NCBI RefSeq assembly: GCF_018350175.1
Contig: NC_058368.1
Location: forward strand, 62,622,001-62,686,000
Direction: 5' to 3'
DNA from: Felis catus
Taxonomy: Eukaryota
DNA: 64,000 bases
Under the pieces are notes generated by a model that saw nothing but the letters and a program-made list of their open reading frames with translations, did no database searches and had not been told where the DNA came from. Both the position numbers and the translations under genes were made by a program. Shown here in pieces: positions 60,554 to 64,000 of the stretch (its first letter is position 1; each line of letters opens with the position of its first letter).

Positions 60554-63290
60554 ATCAAAGGGCATAATAGAAGCACTGGAACTCATTGTAAGTATTGAAG
60601 ATTATATGTTAATTTCTACCTTCTCCTCTGCTTTAACTATCAGTGACTGAAAGAGAAGATCAACAACTTCTAATTACATTTCAGAAATGAAATTAAGACG
60701 ACTCAGAATATAGCTTCTTTGCAAACTTAAGTAATGCTTTCCTTGTTCTTATAAAATGATTTCTTTTTCTTTTATAAAATAGCTAAGATATGAATTTATC
60801 AGGGCAGAACTTCCCCAAACTGACATGTATTTTATCTAGTTAACACTGATTTTATTGAGAACATTAAATGTCAAATCATAACACAGGGACTTGGCTTCCC
60901 GCAAAAAACCTAGACATTCTTAAAGATAAAAAGGCTATTTAAATGAATGTTCCTGAATATTTATCCTTTTTTTTAAAGGACAACATTTCTACCACACTTA
61001 TTTTCATATTCTGTCCTTATCAAACATTCTTTTGAATGTCTGAATGGAATAAGTTTAATTTTTGAAAAGTAGTATATCAAAATCAGCCATAACTAAATGA
61101 ATTAATGAATTAGACATTGCTAAATGTCTAATCTGCCCCTGAAAATATATCTGAGAAATATTGATTTTGGTATTCTGAAAGAATCTATATCTATTATTAC
61201 TTAATATTATAGTGATAAAATATCAAAATGGGACTTTCACTAATATATTAAAGTGCAATGGAAATCTTATTCCAAAATGAGGTGGCAAACTATAATGAAA
61301 ATTTCTAAATTATCAAGTTGGCAACCGATTACTAATTGCTGTGATGACACACAGGTCAAACCTAGAAAAAGTTTCTGACTCCAAGCTGGGAAATTAAAAG
61401 ATGAAGGGTGAGTTGGTTAGCTGTTGAAAAAAAGTGGCCTTGTAGAGCAGAGGATGCATCCTGTGGCCATCCACAAGAGAGGGACAATGTGTCTTCTTGT
61501 TGATACTGATCTTAAGAAATGAAGAGACCTAACCTGAGAGACAATCAGGAACTCACAGGACTCTTAGTGATTGAAAACCATTAAACAATCAGCCACAAGA
61601 GAGTTGCGTTGGCCTGCATGTAAGGGCTTACAAGTGTAAGTGAGGGATTCTTAGTGACACAGGAGCCAAACTCTGAAGAAGCTGTGACACAACTCAAAAG
61701 AAAAAAGAAAAGTGCATAGAACCGTGCTAGTTTCCAATGATACAACTACGCTGCCCTCTTCAACTATGATCCTCCTCGCCTTTGCCCATTTCAAATCAAC
61801 TCACCCTGTTCTGAGGAGAGTTAAGAACACATATGTATGCTCTCTTAGTGCAGACTTCTGGTCAATAATAGGCCAGGACAGGGAGACAGGGAATAGCTTG
61901 AATTTGGAAGGTAAATCTTACTTATTAGATGAGTTGGATGTTCTTAATACTCACCTGAAATATCTTATACTGCCTGAGTGTGACCAAAATGTCATCCCAT
62001 GGCAGGAAGAATATCTCTTGTCTTGAATAAACTTAAAAGCATAGTGGGAGATAAAATAAAGTTCTTTTATAAATAAGTCCCATTAGTAGTATTCTTTCAA
62101 TGTGTGAGATACAATATTAATGAATGTATAAAATATTACTTCTGTAATCAATATTATTTAGAATATCAATATCCATTCACATTTCATATGTAGTGTTTAT
62201 ATAGAAATGAGATTAGGGATTTTTTTCTAATTTTCTAAATTTGATTTATATAGGTGATTTGAAAACTTCTCTCTTCAGACAATCAAGTTTTCTTTTCTAC
62301 CCATTTACCATTTTGACAGCAAAATTAAGAAATTCAGATGACAACTTGTCTGAGGTAGATTTGTTTACTCAATGCATTTGATGAAACATCTACTATGAAC
62401 AGAAGGTCTATTTGCACTAAGATCCAAGAATATCCAAGGCATATTTGTTGTTTTAAAGTAGTTAATTTATTAGGTTTGGTAATGACAAAGAAAATTGATG
62501 GCAGAGTTGTGTGGCAAATGTTAATCATTTCTATCAGGTTTTAATGTAATGAGAAAGCCATTAAACACCTATTGTGTGTGGGCTTTCCTTGAGATAAAAA
62601 ACTAATAAGGCATGAATCCTTCACCAAGTAATTGTGATCTAGGGAATTGGAAAAAAGACTTGTAACTAAACATAAAAACTGGGCCTCGTACACTTGCTAT
62701 TTTTTACTATATTCTTCCCTTTGAAATACTCTGTTCCCTTCTTATCATAACCTCCCCATATACTAATTTTCTTCATAGTTTTCTAGCTTCTCCATTCTGA
62801 TAATCATCATGGACTCTTTCACTTTTATTTGCCCCTTATTGGACAGAATACTTCTTCCACCAATCTGCCCTTCCTAGCCTATATAATCTATTACCCCTCC
62901 ATGGAAAAGTTAAGACTGCTTAAAATTGCCTTAAATATTTCCATGAAGTTACAAAAACATGAAGTAAAGTAGTTAAGGTTATTTTAACTCTTGGTTTAAG
63001 AATGTCAGCAACAACAAATTATACATTCAGACCAGGACATCAATAAATTAAATCACACACACACAGAAATTAAAAGCTTCACACTCAAACATGCACCTGA
63101 TCTGGCAAAATGGAGGTCATCTAATATTCCTTACCAAAGTGACTTGGCTCTGTACTAGTCTTGCTTTAAATGTGACATCACTGGATGACTACAGTCTATA
63201 TACTCAGTTAAAAACATTCAGGGAAACCTCAGATGTGCATAGTTAACTTCCTACCAAGTAGCTACGAAGTAACTTAAAAATTAATGGAAA

Positions 63291-63507
63291 GGGATACCTG
63301 GGTGGCTCAGTTGGTTAAGCACCTGACTCTTGATTTTGGCTCAGGTCATGATCCCAGGGTCATGGGATCAAGCCCCTCACCAAGCCTTGCATGGAGCTCC
63401 ATGCTGGATGTGGAGCCTGCTTGGATTCTCTCTCTCCTTCTCCCTCTGCCACCCACCTCACTCTTGTTCTCTCTCTCTCTCTAAAAAACAAAATAAATAA
63501 ATAAAAA
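63291..63507 (+). mobile_element. CanSINE (older subfamily)
   Basis: ctgactcttgattttggctcaggtcatgatcccagggtcatgggatcaagccc. Confidence 0.92.
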
Positions 63508-63514
63508 GAATAGA

Positions 63515-64000
63515 CCATTAAACCTAACTTTTCCAAAAGAGAATTAACCCTCTCCTCCCACTCCGAACTGGAACTCCTCTTGTGTTATCTTCAAACTGCA
63601 AATTCTATCACAGCATGAGACACAGTCATCCAACTTCCCATTTAAGCCTGATGCCTGTGGTCATTCTATACTTCTCATAGTTACTCCAGTTCATTCATGC
63701 ACAGCATCCCATAATCTTTCTTAATACAACCATCAATGTATAATGCTCTAATCACTTCTTCCTAATATCCCTTTGGTAACCACACTGCTCCTAAAATGGC
63801 CTGACTTCACTTCATGTCCCATATTACCAGACTGAAACCCTTATATACAAAGATTACCGTGTTGCTCATCTATTTAAAGCATCTAGATCAAATACATTAT
63901 CTTAGTCACAGAGCCTTTTATTTATAATCTGCTCCTACCTTCTGCACTAGCCCCATATCCTAAGCCTTCCCATTTATAAGACATATCACCCTCCTACCTC
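63515..64000 (+). mobile_element. L2 fragment
   Basis: aaacctaacttttccaaaagagaatt..ggtcattctatacttctc..gcctttattataatctgctcctacc. Confidence 0.6.

Noticed and set aside
1..64000. CRISPR arrays, prokaryotic operons, NUMT, snRNA/rRNA copies
   Set aside because: No regularly spaced repeat-spacer structure, no gene-dense region, and no mitochondrial or structural-RNA sequence recognised by eye

Overview
AT-rich mammalian genomic DNA, most likely from a felid, judged by about 30 tRNA-derived CanSINE copies of the SINEC_Fc type, several with intact target-site duplications (TSDs). I can support no protein-coding gene, tRNA or rRNA gene, CRISPR array or prokaryotic system; the supplied ORFs are SINE-, L1- or LTR-derived or look like chance ORFs. 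The window is intergenic or intronic and made largely of repeats: CanSINEs, L1 fragments (two with 5' inversions), MaLR/ERVL/ERV1 LTRs (including a two-LTR MLT1 element with its internal region), MIR, L2, MER20 and MER3. The one clear anomaly is a single CpG island at about 3120-3720. It lies largely in a ~660-bp non-LTR segment that splits an ancient MLT1F-like LTR, and it carries tandem GC boxes, an inverted ETS pair, an E2F site, a CCAAT box and outward-facing splice donors. This looks like a possibly bidirectional promoter acquired after the LTR inserted. Candidate downstream exons exist on both strands (1710-1739 minus, 9892-10016 plus) but are speculative. Repeat subfamily names come from remembered consensus sequences and need RepeatMasker/Dfam confirmation; boundaries of old repeats are approximate.
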